Of a stretch of 64,000 bases of DNA, positions 20,327 to 29,706 are shown piece after piece. The position numbers and the translations under genes are program-made. This DNA is from Candidatus Latescibacterota bacterium (GTDB lineage Bacteria; Latescibacterota; UBA2968; UBA8231), in assembly GCA_965200315.1 (NCBI GenBank), contig OZ241362.1, positions 4,896,001-4,960,000 on the forward strand, given 5' to 3'. The notes beneath the pieces were generated by a model. It worked only from the letters and a program-made list of their open reading frames with translations. It made no database searches and was not told the DNA's origin. Positions within the stretch are counted from its first letter, which is position 1; each line of letters begins with the position of its first letter.

Positions 20327-20950
20327 ATGAAAATGCGGGCAATATCGCTGTTTGTCGCCGTCGCGGTTTTGGCGGGCTGTGACGATCCCCCCACAGCGGA
20401 GCTCGGTGCGGCTAAGCAAGCGCTGGACGCGGCCCGGGACGCCGACGCCGAGCGCTTTGCCGCAAACGAGTACTCGGCCGCGCAGCGCGCGTACAGCGAA
20501 GCTGAAGCAACGACCAAAACCGAAGACGAGCGCTTTTTCCTCTTCAAGGACTTTGAGCAGGCGCGGGCGCAAATCGCCGATGCCAAAAGCAAGTCCACGC
20601 AGGCCGAGTCGGCTGCGCACGCCGAAAAGAAACGCCAGCGGGAGTCGGCCGAAGCCGTGATTGCCGCGGCTCACGACGCGATCACCGCCGCATATACCAG
20701 CCTAGAGGAAGCGCCGTCCGGCAAGGGCACGGAAGCCGACATTGAGGCTCTGCAAGCCGAGTTAAGTGCGGCCGAAGCCGACATGGACGCGGCCGAAGCC
20801 GCATTGGACAGCGAGAATTTCTCCGAAGCTGAGTCCCTCGCCGGAAGCGCGGATCAAAGGGCCACCGAGGTCGCCGACGGCGTGATAGTGGCCGTAGATA
20901 AATACCACGCGCTGGTCGAGAAGATGCGCCCTTGGTACGAGCGCTTCTAA
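20327..20950 (+). CDS. Ala/Glu-rich helical lipoprotein (DUF4398-like)
   Basis: Lipobox LAGC; PP..EL..A..AL..A...A..FA..EY..A pattern. Confidence 0.75.
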   Translation: MKMRAISLFVAVAVLAGCDDPPTAELGAAKQALDAARDADAERFAANEYSAAQRAYSEAEATTKTEDERFFLFKDFEQARAQIADAKSKSTQAESAAHAEKKRQRESAEAVIAAAHDAITAAYTSLEEAPSGKGTEADIEALQAELSAAEADMDAAEAALDSENFSEAESLAGSADQRATEVADGVIVAVDKYHALVEKMRPWYERF

Positions 20951-20960
20951 GCGCACACTC

Positions 20961-21554
20961 TTGCAAGCTTCAATCACAGGCGGCCGGGAGTTCCTCCCGG
21001 TCGCTTTGTTTTTTTGTGCGCTGCTGTGGGGGCCGCCCGCCGCCGCAGCGTCTGCGCTCTCGCTAGAGCACCAGCAACTGGTGCAAGCCGTTGAGCGCCA
21101 CGGTTTAGCTACTCCCTACATCGTCATCAATACCCAAGACAATCTAATCGTGCTGCGCGACGGGGAGCAGGTGTTGCGCCAAGCCGCTTGTGCAACGGGC
21201 AGCGGCCGCAAGCTCGAAGGGGCCAAGCGATGGCATCGCTGGACCTTCGACACGCCCAAGGGCCGCTTCGCCATCCGCCGCAAAGTTGCCGATCCCCTGT
21301 GGACGCGGCCGACTTGGTACTTTATCGAAAACGACGAAGAGATTCCCATTTTCGCCGAGGACCCGCGGCGATTCCAACGCGGGGTCTTGGGCGCGTACGC
21401 ATTGTATTTCCTCAAAGATTTTATGATCCACGGCACGCTCTTTGAAATCAACTTGGGCAAGAGCATAACCCACGGCTGCGTCCGGGTGGGCAGCGAGGAC
21501 CTAAAGTACCTGTACGAAGCTGTCGAAATCGGCTGGCCGGTCTTTATCTACTAA
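20961..21554 (+). CDS. L,D-transpeptidase (YkuD family)
   Basis: IVIN, CATG, TPKGRF, DPLW, LG.YALY, IHGT...LGKSITHGCVRV. Confidence 0.92.
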   Translation: MQASITGGREFLPVALFFCALLWGPPAAAASALSLEHQQLVQAVERHGLATPYIVINTQDNLIVLRDGEQVLRQAACATGSGRKLEGAKRWHRWTFDTPKGRFAIRRKVADPLWTRPTWYFIENDEEIPIFAEDPRRFQRGVLGAYALYFLKDFMIHGTLFEINLGKSITHGCVRVGSEDLKYLYEAVEIGWPVFIY

Positions 21555-22075
21555 TGAAGCACCTAGCGTTGTTCTGGGCCTTTGTGTGCGGCGCGAGCGC
21601 GGCGTCGGCCGAGGACTTGGCCTATGTCAACGCCGCGCTGCGGGCTTGGTTGCAGGCCATAGAAGCGGATGCGCCGTACTTGCTGGTGGATCGGGGCGCG
21701 GCCGATCTGCGGCTGATGCACGGAAGGGCGCTCTTGCGGCGCGTACCGCTCGCGGCCGATTCCCTCGGAGAGCAGCCGCCGGTGCAAGACTCGCTCGCGG
21801 CCCGGTTGCGACGCTATCGACCCAGCAATCCTTGGCGCGGCTTGGTGCCTAGCCCGTTTGACTGGGAGCAGAACTTGGTTGCCGATGCGTCGGCGGCCAC
21901 TGCCTTGTATTTTGCGAGCGGGCTGCTGCTCTACGCCAGCCCGGCGTGGCATCGTCGAGGTGCTATGGACCTGCAAATTGGGGCTGATGATTTGCGTGCG
22001 CTGTACAATGCCTGCGGCCGGGGCACCCCGCTCGTCGTCCTACCGGCCAATTGGAGAGAGGGGCCTCAGCAGTGA
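21554..22075 (+). CDS. secreted protein resembling a catalytically degenerate YkuD domain
   Basis: YLLVDR..L.L..G..LLR, ALYF..GLLL, DLRALY...G.P.VV parallel the adjacent LDT but HGT/HGC are missing. Confidence 0.55.
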   Translation: MKHLALFWAFVCGASAASAEDLAYVNAALRAWLQAIEADAPYLLVDRGAADLRLMHGRALLRRVPLAADSLGEQPPVQDSLAARLRRYRPSNPWRGLVPSPFDWEQNLVADASAATALYFASGLLLYASPAWHRRGAMDLQIGADDLRALYNACGRGTPLVVLPANWREGPQQ

Positions 22076-23331
22076 CCTTGCACTTTGGCATGGCGGCCGC
22101 CGACATCACGCCGCCGGTCGGCATCGCAATGGGCGGGTACTGGGGGCGGCGATCTGGGGCCACACACATCCGCGACCGCCTCATGGCCAAGGCCCTCGTC
22201 TGTGGCCGAGGTGCAGCGCAGGTCGCCCTTGTCGCCGTCGATTTGGTGGGGTTGGACGCGGATGTTGTGCGGGAGATTCGGGAGAAGATAGGGTGCGCCA
22301 CTGGTATTGAGGGCGCGGCCATCATGGTCTGCGCCTCCCACACCCACTCCGGCCCGCTGACCTTTCCCTTCCGGGGCATGGGTCGCATCGACAGCCGCTA
22401 CTTGGAGCAGGTTGCGGCCGCCGTGGTGGAGGTGGTGGTAGCTGCGGCCGCCGCTAGCCGACCGGGCCGCTTGTACTATGCGCGTCCCCAAGTGCAGATA
22501 GGCCGCAACCGCCGCCCGCAGAGCGTCAAAGGCCCGGTTGTGCCCTACGCGCACGTGTTGCGCTTTGTCGCCGAGTGCGGGACGGAAGCCACGCTTTTTA
22601 GCTGCGCTTGCCATCCAGTGGTTTTGGGCCGCGACAACCACCAAATCAGTGCCGACTTCCCTGGGGCGGCGGCCCGCTGCATTGAGGCTGCGACCAGAGG
22701 GCCGGCTCTGTTTGTGAATGGGGCCTGTGGCGACATCAATCCGCGGCTCGCCAATGGCTCGTTTGCCGATGTGGAGTGCTTGGGGCAGGAGTTGGGTCGG
22801 GGCGTGCTGGAGGGGCGGTCTGCGGCCGCGCCTTTGGAGGTTTCCGCGATAAGCTGGGCGCACGAGCACTTGGACTTGCCGCTGCGACCCCCGCCGCCGC
22901 GCTGGCGTACCGAAGTCGAGCAACTCAAAGCGCACCTGCGGGCGCGTCTGGCGCAGGGCGGCGAGGGGGCCAAGGCCCAGCTCGAATGGGCTGTGGCCCT
23001 GCGCAAATGGGTGCGGGCAGGCGCGGAGCGCACTCGGGTGCAGCCCTTTGAGATGCAGGCGTTGGCTCTCGGTGAGTTGGTGCTTTTGGGGATGGAAGGG
23101 GAGCTCTTCGCCCGCTATCAGCTCGACTTGGAGGCCGCGCATGGGCCAGCCGTCTTGTGCGGCTTTGCCAATGGCTGCATTGGCTACGTGCCCACGGCCG
23201 ACGAGTATGCGCACGGCGGCTACGAGATCGACTTGGCCTACAAGTTCTATCCGAGCGTGCAGATGATCGCGCCGACGAGCGAGCCGCTGATACGACAGCG
23301 GGCCGCGGCGTTGATCGCAAAGGTGCGCTAG
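22072..23331 (+). CDS. neutral/alkaline ceramidase-like amidohydrolase
   Basis: DITPPVGI.MGGY, CASHTHSGP, ACHPV, ISADFPG, GACGDINP, GYVPT.DEY.HGGYE. Confidence 0.85.
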   Translation: MTLHFGMAAADITPPVGIAMGGYWGRRSGATHIRDRLMAKALVCGRGAAQVALVAVDLVGLDADVVREIREKIGCATGIEGAAIMVCASHTHSGPLTFPFRGMGRIDSRYLEQVAAAVVEVVVAAAAASRPGRLYYARPQVQIGRNRRPQSVKGPVVPYAHVLRFVAECGTEATLFSCACHPVVLGRDNHQISADFPGAAARCIEAATRGPALFVNGACGDINPRLANGSFADVECLGQELGRGVLEGRSAAAPLEVSAISWAHEHLDLPLRPPPPRWRTEVEQLKAHLRARLAQGGEGAKAQLEWAVALRKWVRAGAERTRVQPFEMQALALGELVLLGMEGELFARYQLDLEAAHGPAVLCGFANGCIGYVPTADEYAHGGYEIDLAYKFYPSVQMIAPTSEPLIRQRAAALIAKVR

Positions 23332-23348
23332 CTTACACGGGAGGATGT

Positions 23349-24023
23349 ATGCGCGATCTAGAGGTGCTATACGATCAAGTTCCGGCGACGCGGTGCGCAG
23401 GTACGGGCGATTGCTGCTGGCTTGCGGACGAGGAGTTCGACAACTACTATGCTACCATGTTCCCGCTCTACCGAGTCGAATACGTCCACATCGTCGCCTA
23501 TGTGGAGCAGCACTTTTCCCGGCAGCGTCGCCAAGAGTTGCTGAGCTTTACCGAGGAGCGGCCGCGCCGCTGCCCCTTTTTAGGCGCGGACCATAGCTGT
23601 ACCATCTATCCGGTGCGCCCGCTGATCTGCCGCACGTATGGGGCGATGAATCCGGTCTCGATTGCCCGCCAAGCTATTGCTCATCAGGGCGATTTGCCGT
23701 TGGCGCAAATTCGCGCCTTTGTGCGGCGCGAGGCCGGTATGGTGTGTCCGCGGGTGGCGGTGCTGGAGCCGGAAAAGGTCGCACGGCACGCCCGCATGCT
23801 CATGGAGGGAACGTACGATCGCGAATTGGCGTGGCTCAGTGCCGAGGTGGAGTTGGCGGGCGCAGAGCGGAAACAGCTATTCCAACGGCTCACCGACCGG
23901 AAAGAGTGGCCGCTGCGCTGGTCTTGGGGAGGCTTTAATGCGCTGCGCTTTGCGCCGCTGACATGGTTGCGCCAGCACTTTGCTGCGTATTGGAAAAAAG
24001 CCGAGCTAATCGATGGCAAATGA
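23349..24023 (+). CDS. YkgJ-type cysteine-cluster (Fe-S/Zn) protein
   Basis: CAGTGDCC, CPFL....CTIYPVRPLICRTYG; GGAGG RBS. Confidence 0.8.
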   Translation: MRDLEVLYDQVPATRCAGTGDCCWLADEEFDNYYATMFPLYRVEYVHIVAYVEQHFSRQRRQELLSFTEERPRRCPFLGADHSCTIYPVRPLICRTYGAMNPVSIARQAIAHQGDLPLAQIRAFVRREAGMVCPRVAVLEPEKVARHARMLMEGTYDRELAWLSAEVELAGAERKQLFQRLTDRKEWPLRWSWGGFNALRFAPLTWLRQHFAAYWKKAELIDGK

Positions 24024-24055
24024 CGCCCGCATTGGCGTCGCAAGGAGATTGCACC

Positions 24056-25213
24056 ATGCAACAATACCGAGTCGCTATTTTGGGCTGCCGCGGCCGCGGC
24101 ACGGCCGCAGGCCGCGCGTATCACCAGCATCCCCGCACTGAGGTTGTGGCTCTGTGCGACCTCGTGCCCGAGCGGCTGGCGGCCCTCGGCGACGAGTTGG
24201 GGGTTGTGGCCCGCTACGACGATCTCGACCGGATGATCGAAGCCGAGGCTCCGGACATCGTCGCCATTCCCACGGGCACCGAGTTCCACTATCCGCTCGC
24301 CATGCGGGTGCTAGAGCACGGAGTCCACATCGACATTGAAAAGCCGATCTGCACGACCTTGGCCGAGGCCGACGCGGTGTTGGCCAAAGCCGCGGAGCAA
24401 GGGGTGCAAGTGGCCGTGCATCACCAAGGGCGCAGCGGCGGCGCACTGCAAGCGGTCAAAGCGGCGATTGCCGAGGGCCGGATCGGCGACTTGCGCTATG
24501 TCCAGGGCAGCGGCAAGGGCTACTATGGAGGTTACGGCCTGATGAAAATCGCCACGCACTCGCTCAACGCCATGCTCGGCGTGGCCGGGCCGGTGCGGAG
24601 CGTCCAAGCCGTGGCCCTGACCGATGGCCGCCCGATCACGCCCGAGGATGTGGTGCCGTCGCCGAGCGGCATGGGCTACATTGCCGGCGAGCACGTGACG
24701 GTAGCCCTCGCCTTTGAATGCGGGATTTCGGGCACGCTCTTGCAACACCGCTTTCCCAAGGTGGATTCAACGGCCTATATGATTGAGCTCTACGGCACCG
24801 AGGGGCGGCTCTACTGGAAGAGCGGTGCCCCGTGGTCTTTGTCCACGCCGCACTTTGCCCCCGGCCAAGTCGAGTGGCAGCCGCTCGATCCCATAGTGCC
24901 CGAGCACTACGACCCGGCGGGTCCGGCGGCTGTGGAGGACTACCAGTTCGCCGACGAGTACGTGCAGGCACTCGACGAGGGCCGTGCGCACGAGTGCTCG
25001 GGCGCGGCCGGTCTCCACGTGCTAGAGATATTGATGGGGATTTTTGAGTCAGGTGCCCGTGGTCAGCGCGTGGATTTGCCGCAAGCAGACCGCGACCACC
25101 CGCTCTTGCGCTGGCGCGAGGAACACGGCTTAGGCCTGCCCACCCCTATGCCGCGCCCGTATGCTGAGTGGCTCGCCGCCGAAGATTGCCGCTTGGGCCG
25201 GGGTGCGAGTTAG
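24056..25213 (+). CDS. Gfo/Idh/MocA oxidoreductase
   Basis: ILGCRGRG, GVHIDIEKPI, THSL; AAGGAG RBS. Confidence 0.9.
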   Translation: MQQYRVAILGCRGRGTAAGRAYHQHPRTEVVALCDLVPERLAALGDELGVVARYDDLDRMIEAEAPDIVAIPTGTEFHYPLAMRVLEHGVHIDIEKPICTTLAEADAVLAKAAEQGVQVAVHHQGRSGGALQAVKAAIAEGRIGDLRYVQGSGKGYYGGYGLMKIATHSLNAMLGVAGPVRSVQAVALTDGRPITPEDVVPSPSGMGYIAGEHVTVALAFECGISGTLLQHRFPKVDSTAYMIELYGTEGRLYWKSGAPWSLSTPHFAPGQVEWQPLDPIVPEHYDPAGPAAVEDYQFADEYVQALDEGRAHECSGAAGLHVLEILMGIFESGARGQRVDLPQADRDHPLLRWREEHGLGLPTPMPRPYAEWLAAEDCRLGRGAS

Positions 25214-26664
25214 CCGCTGAGTTTGCCCAACAAGCCCCAACCGCTGACGGCGGACGAGGCGATCAGGACTAGGGTTGAGAGCACTGCGCCAATGAGGACC
25301 CATGCGCGGGTGCGGTAGGAGGCGGGCAACTTGAAGTTGAGGTAGATGGCTGCCACCATCATTATGGCAATGGCCAGATTGGCGATGAGGAAGCCGGCTA
25401 TTTGGGTCAGGATGTCGAAGGGGATGTTGTTCCAGACGATGAGCATGGTGGTGGCGAAGATGTAGAGACAGATGACGCGCTTGATCGCCTGGTATTCCCA
25501 AGTGCGGTTGGGCCAGCGGGCGGCGAGAAACTCTTGCGCCACGCGGGCGTAGATTTCGGGCAGGGCTTGCAGGGTGCCCCACAGCGCGGCGAGGATGCAG
25601 ACGTAGTAAATCCACACCAAGCTCGGATGAATCTGCCGCCAGACGTGGGCTTGGTGCGTCAGCAAGTTCCAGCCTTCAAAGCGGGTTTCGAGCGGGAAGA
25701 GCACGGCCGCCCCGGAGATCATAAAGGCCCCAGTGACGATAAAGAGGACCAGCGCTCCCAGCCCCACGTCCCAGCGCAGCGGAGACACGCGTTGCCGCAA
25801 GTGGTGGATTTGCTGGGGATCGTCGGGTAGGTAGTCGATGCTCTCGCTGCGGGAGGCGCGGTCGCGGATGGCCTCGATATCTTGGTGGCCAGTCAGTCCC
25901 CACTTGTGCAGACCGACCCAGTTGGCGTAGGCGATGTAGCCAATGACCGAGCCGCCGACGTAGCCAAAGGTGGTGCCCAACGTCAGCAGCGGATGCGCGA
26001 CGGTGTCCGCAGGTGCCCAGTCCGGGAACGGCGGCAGGTCGCCAAAGCGGAAGGTCCCCACAAGCGCCGCGATAAAGTCTGGACGCACAATGAGGGTGCC
26101 GCCGATAGTGCCCGTGACTAGGATTCCACAGATGATGAGTTGTTGCTTTTCGAGGCGTTCAAAGGACAGGCGGATGCCAAAGAACAACGCGAAGGCAATA
26201 AAGGCCGAGGTTATGGCGTTTTCCCAGAAGACTTCTTGCTCGCCAGCGGGCAGCATGTCGCGCAGCAAGAAGTGAAAGAGGTCGCCGCAGGGCTTGGAGA
26301 CGGGCACCCAAGCTAGGGGTGCGCCGATCATCTCAAAAAGCAAAATGGTCAACAGCAGCCATCCGCGCGGCCCGGGCAGGCGCACGAGGCGGTGGCCGAT
26401 CAGCTCGCCGCTGACGGCTGTGTAGCGGCCAATCAGGTAGGTGAAGAAGACGCCCTTGACCAAGCAACTGAGCAAGACCATCCACAACAAGCCATAGCCG
26501 GCCCAAGCACCGGCCCGCACCACGACGATGGTCTCGCCGGCACCGATGGCGACCGAGGCGACGATGGCCGCCGGGCCGAAGACGGCGAGCATACCTACGA
26601 GTTTCTTTAGCGACCACGGCTGGGAGAAGACGCCTTCGGGTGGCGAGATTTCTACTTTGTTCAT
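25210..26664 (-). CDS. Nramp-like/APC-superfamily membrane transporter
   Basis: FGPAAIVASVAIGAGE...GYGLLW...GRYT..SGE; many TM segments. Confidence 0.8.
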   Translation of the reverse strand: MNKVEISPPEGVFSQPWSLKKLVGMLAVFGPAAIVASVAIGAGETIVVVRAGAWAGYGLLWMVLLSCLVKGVFFTYLIGRYTAVSGELIGHRLVRLPGPRGWLLLTILLFEMIGAPLAWVPVSKPCGDLFHFLLRDMLPAGEQEVFWENAITSAFIAFALFFGIRLSFERLEKQQLIICGILVTGTIGGTLIVRPDFIAALVGTFRFGDLPPFPDWAPADTVAHPLLTLGTTFGYVGGSVIGYIAYANWVGLHKWGLTGHQDIEAIRDRASRSESIDYLPDDPQQIHHLRQRVSPLRWDVGLGALVLFIVTGAFMISGAAVLFPLETRFEGWNLLTHQAHVWRQIHPSLVWIYYVCILAALWGTLQALPEIYARVAQEFLAARWPNRTWEYQAIKRVICLYIFATTMLIVWNNIPFDILTQIAGFLIANLAIAIMMVAAIYLNFKLPASYRTRAWVLIGAVLSTLVLIASSAVSGWGLLGKLSG

Positions 26665-26729
26665 GCGAGGAGATGCGCTTTGCAGAGGGGAATAAAGCAC
26701 TGGGCGGCGATGCTGAGGCATAAATTCAT
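26661..26729 (-). other. 22-codon uORF derived from the 5' end of a Gfo/Idh/MocA gene
   Basis: MNLCLSIAAQCFIPLCKAHLLA aligns with MSLRIGI...AQGFIILFKAHPL of the gene at 26809-28005; its stop overlaps the transporter ATG. Confidence 0.6.
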
Positions 26730-26733
26730 GGTG

Positions 26734-26769
26734 GGGCAAGATACAGCGGGCGGATAGGCGGCGCAATAG
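26734..26769 (-). repeat. 36-bp direct repeat copy 1, promoter-like
   Basis: 33/36 identical to 28009-28044; minus strand reads TTGCGC-N17-TATCTT. Confidence 0.85.
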
Positions 26770-26808
26770 GCCGCTTTTAAGCCGTGGATGAGTTGTGCTG
26801 ATGGGCTG

Positions 26809-28005
26809 TTATGATTTTTCGCGTTGCACTTCAGGATCGCCCAAGTCAGGTACGGGGATGAGGGTGCCGCCTTGGAGAGCGGACTCGTGGGCGACGAGGC
26901 CGGGGAGCATGTAGCGCGCCGCATCCCAGGCGTTGTTGGGCGGAAGCTGGCCGATGGCACAGGCAGTGACGAAGTCGTGGACGAGAAATTGATGGGCGCC
27001 CGCGTGACCATTGGGCAGGCCGGCGAACTCGCGCGGCAGGTGCTCGACCGGGTGAACGGCCGATGCGCCGAGGTGGGTGCCGTCGGCCGCGGTGACTTTA
27101 TCCATGGGGTCGTCGGCTTGGCGCGGCTGGCCGGTGCAAGCGAGGAGCGGATCCAAGTTCTCCTGTTGGGCGTGGTCTTTGGTCAGCCAACGGGCACCGC
27201 TGGCGGATTGTTCAAAGCAGCCTTCGGTGCCTTGGAGCATCATTTGTACGCAGCCGGGGTGGCCGATGCGGCGGAACTCGTTGATGCGGCAGGTGCTGCC
27301 GTCGGACATCTTGTACAGGGCGCTTTGGTTGCTAAAGGGGTTTTGCCAGTCGTTGTGCTGGTAGATGCCGTCGGTGTGCTCGTCGCGGAAGCCTTGGCAG
27401 GACACGTGCGTCATGTAGGCACCCGTAACGGAGATGATCTGACTCGTCGAATGGGTTGGGTAATACATCGGGGGGATGCCAGCGGTCTCGCGCCAGTTTT
27501 CTCCGCCGCGCCAGCGGGCCACCTCGTAGAGGCCGTGATCCCAGTCGTGGTAGTACTCGGCTTGGCCATAGACGATCTGGCCAAACGCGCCGCGGGTGTG
27601 CTGCTGGCGGCAGTAGAGCACGCCGGGGTAGTAATAGCTGGTCTCGCCGAGCATGTACACCTTGTTGCTGCGCGTGGCGGCCGCGATCAGGTTTTCTATT
27701 TCCGCATAGCTGATACCAGGGGGGACGGCTGAATACACGTGTTTGCCGGCCTCTAGGGCTTGGACGGCTTGGGGGCCGTGGAGCCAGTTTTGGGTGAAGA
27801 GGCAAACGGCGTCGATGGACGAGCCGCAGAGCGCGTCGAGCGAGGGGCTGGTATCGGCGATTTGGTGTCTGGCAGCACTGTGCATCAACTTCTCGCTGTC
27901 CAAATCGCAGAGGACGACTTGGCCGACGAGGGGGTGTGCTTTGAAGAGGATAATAAAGCCTTGGGCGAAAGCGCCCGTGCCGACGATGCCGATGCGTAAA
28001 CTCAT
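26809..28005 (-). CDS. Gfo/Idh/MocA oxidoreductase
   Basis: IGIVGTG, GKHVYSAVP, YMLGETSYY, PPMYYPTHS. Confidence 0.9.
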   Translation of the reverse strand: MSLRIGIVGTGAFAQGFIILFKAHPLVGQVVLCDLDSEKLMHSAARHQIADTSPSLDALCGSSIDAVCLFTQNWLHGPQAVQALEAGKHVYSAVPPGISYAEIENLIAAATRSNKVYMLGETSYYYPGVLYCRQQHTRGAFGQIVYGQAEYYHDWDHGLYEVARWRGGENWRETAGIPPMYYPTHSTSQIISVTGAYMTHVSCQGFRDEHTDGIYQHNDWQNPFSNQSALYKMSDGSTCRINEFRRIGHPGCVQMMLQGTEGCFEQSASGARWLTKDHAQQENLDPLLACTGQPRQADDPMDKVTAADGTHLGASAVHPVEHLPREFAGLPNGHAGAHQFLVHDFVTACAIGQLPPNNAWDAARYMLPGLVAHESALQGGTLIPVPDLGDPEVQREKS

Positions 28006-28008
28006 GGA

Positions 28009-28044
28009 GGGCAAGGTATAGCGGGCGGATGGGCGGCGCAATAG
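28009..28044 (-). repeat. 36-bp direct repeat copy 2, promoter-like (leaderless geometry)
   Basis: Minus strand TTGCGC-N17-TACCTT, then 7 nt to ATG 28005. Confidence 0.85.
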
Positions 28045-28067
28045 TCTGCAGGCGCGGTCCGATCTCG

Positions 28068-29582
28068 CTAACGGATCACGGCCAACTTGTGAGCGATCTC
28101 AGCGCCGCCAGCCTGCAAGCGATACAAGTACACCCCGGTCGCTAGATCGCCGGCTGCCCAGGCAATGGTATGCCAGCCGGCCTCCCGGTGGCCCTTGCTT
28201 ATCTGCCCGACGCGCTGGCCTTGGAGATTGTACACCGCTAGATCGACTGGCCCCGCCACGGGCAGCCAAAAGCGTATCTGGGTCGAATTGTTGAAGGGAT
28301 TGGGCGCATTGGCGGCCAGAATCGGCGCACCGGTCGCGTCCAGCGACTCTACCTCCTCCACCGCGGTAGCCATTTCTGACTCGGCAATGTCGAACTGGAC
28401 GAACCACAACTCGTAGTTGGGATGAGGTCCTGCGCTGAATACCGCAGTGGGCAGGCTCGGCATCAGGCTACCGCTGGCCGGGGAAATGCCGTGGAGGAAG
28501 AAACTGGAGACTAGGCCGTAGCTGGCCAAATCGACCAGCGGCTCCGCCTGCCAGCTACCCCCGCGATCGTCCGATCTATAGAGCCGCAAGTCGGACCCGT
28601 ATGTGCTGGCAACCCACACGGCACTGCTTCCACTCGGTCTTTGATAGGCCGCAGCCACCTGTGCATTGCTCAGGGCTTGGCGGCTCCACGCGCCGGTATG
28701 CGGGTCTCGTACAAAGACGAACAGTTGATTAGCCTCGCCGGGGGATTGGTATTGTCCGGTGACGTATATGTAGCCAGCTAAATCGCGCCACATGGCCTCG
28801 CCGAAAGCTATGAAATCGCCTTCGGGCGCGATCTCGACTACAACCTCGGGCGCGACCGGACCGGGATCGCCGTAGGGCAAGTGCATGTAGAGGATGCGGT
28901 TGTAGAGTGCTCTGGGGTTGGGCTGATTGCTCACCAGCAAGTGATAACCCGTCTCATCTGGCTGAATGACCGGGTAGAGCCAAGTCGTCCACGGCTCCTT
29001 TGTCCTTTGCGCCGGCGCGAGGACGTAGGGACCGTCCCAAGTGCCGGTGCGCAAATCGAGCATGGCCGTCTTGAAGGTATAGGTCGCCGGATCGCCGATA
29101 TAGCCGATGACTAGGCGCTCTTCGCAAATACCAGCACCCATGTACCCGGCCTTGCCAATAGCGGCCGGCACTTCGAGTTGTTCAAACTGGTCGATCTGCC
29201 CCGGTGCTGTGGCCCGCAGAATGACCGGCTTTTCGTTGAGCTTTGGATAGATCAGGAGCAGCCGCCGTTGCTCGTCGAGCAATACCATGCCCGGCTGGTA
29301 GTTCAAACCGTCCCACTCGTAGCCCCGGTGCCACTGCCCGTCGCGCCATTGGTAGAGCGCCCCCCGCGCTGTGGCCTGCTCCGGCCCCCACAGCGCGACC
29401 GTGTAATAGCTCTCGCCATCGTACACCAGTTTGGGGGCGTTGTAGCCCCAGTACGAACTAACCCAAGCTACGCCCGAGTCGATTTTGGCTAGATGCACGT
29501 CGATTTCTTGTCCCGAGACCCCAACGGCATTCCACTTTAGGGAGATGACAGCTAGCCATAGCCACGCGACTCGTCCTTCCAC
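28068..29582 (-). CDS. secreted BNR/beta-propeller-like protein with FlgD/T9SS type A-like CTD
   Basis: Asp-box YRSDDRGGSW; C-terminal NAPNPFNNSTQIRF...VYNLQGQRV...ATGVYLYRL. Confidence 0.72.
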   Translation of the reverse strand: MEGRVAWLWLAVISLKWNAVGVSGQEIDVHLAKIDSGVAWVSSYWGYNAPKLVYDGESYYTVALWGPEQATARGALYQWRDGQWHRGYEWDGLNYQPGMVLLDEQRRLLLIYPKLNEKPVILRATAPGQIDQFEQLEVPAAIGKAGYMGAGICEERLVIGYIGDPATYTFKTAMLDLRTGTWDGPYVLAPAQRTKEPWTTWLYPVIQPDETGYHLLVSNQPNPRALYNRILYMHLPYGDPGPVAPEVVVEIAPEGDFIAFGEAMWRDLAGYIYVTGQYQSPGEANQLFVFVRDPHTGAWSRQALSNAQVAAAYQRPSGSSAVWVASTYGSDLRLYRSDDRGGSWQAEPLVDLASYGLVSSFFLHGISPASGSLMPSLPTAVFSAGPHPNYELWFVQFDIAESEMATAVEEVESLDATGAPILAANAPNPFNNSTQIRFWLPVAGPVDLAVYNLQGQRVGQISKGHREAGWHTIAWAAGDLATGVYLYRLQAGGAEIAHKLAVIR

Positions 29583-29706
29583 AACAGCCTCCTTTGCAGC
29601 GGCACCTGACCCGGCGGCCTAGCCTTTCTCGGGTTGGGTTGGCGTTGACAAGGCCGTGCATTATTTTGCAGCCGACCTGTCCACCCTTTTGCCCGGCTAA
29701 AATCCC

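Noticed and set aside
23349-23420. CxxTxxCC variant of the YkgJ CxxCxxCC motif
   Set aside because: A single-ligand variation is too weak to call novel without an alignment.
22066-27732. Long antisense ORFs (22066-23214, 26824-27732 and similar)
   Set aside because: These are shadow frames of GC-rich genes with clear motifs on the other strand.
29583-29706. Possible riboswitch or SRP-like RNA in a GC-rich intergenic region
   Set aside because: It matches no consensus I can recognise; an Infernal/Rfam scan would be needed.
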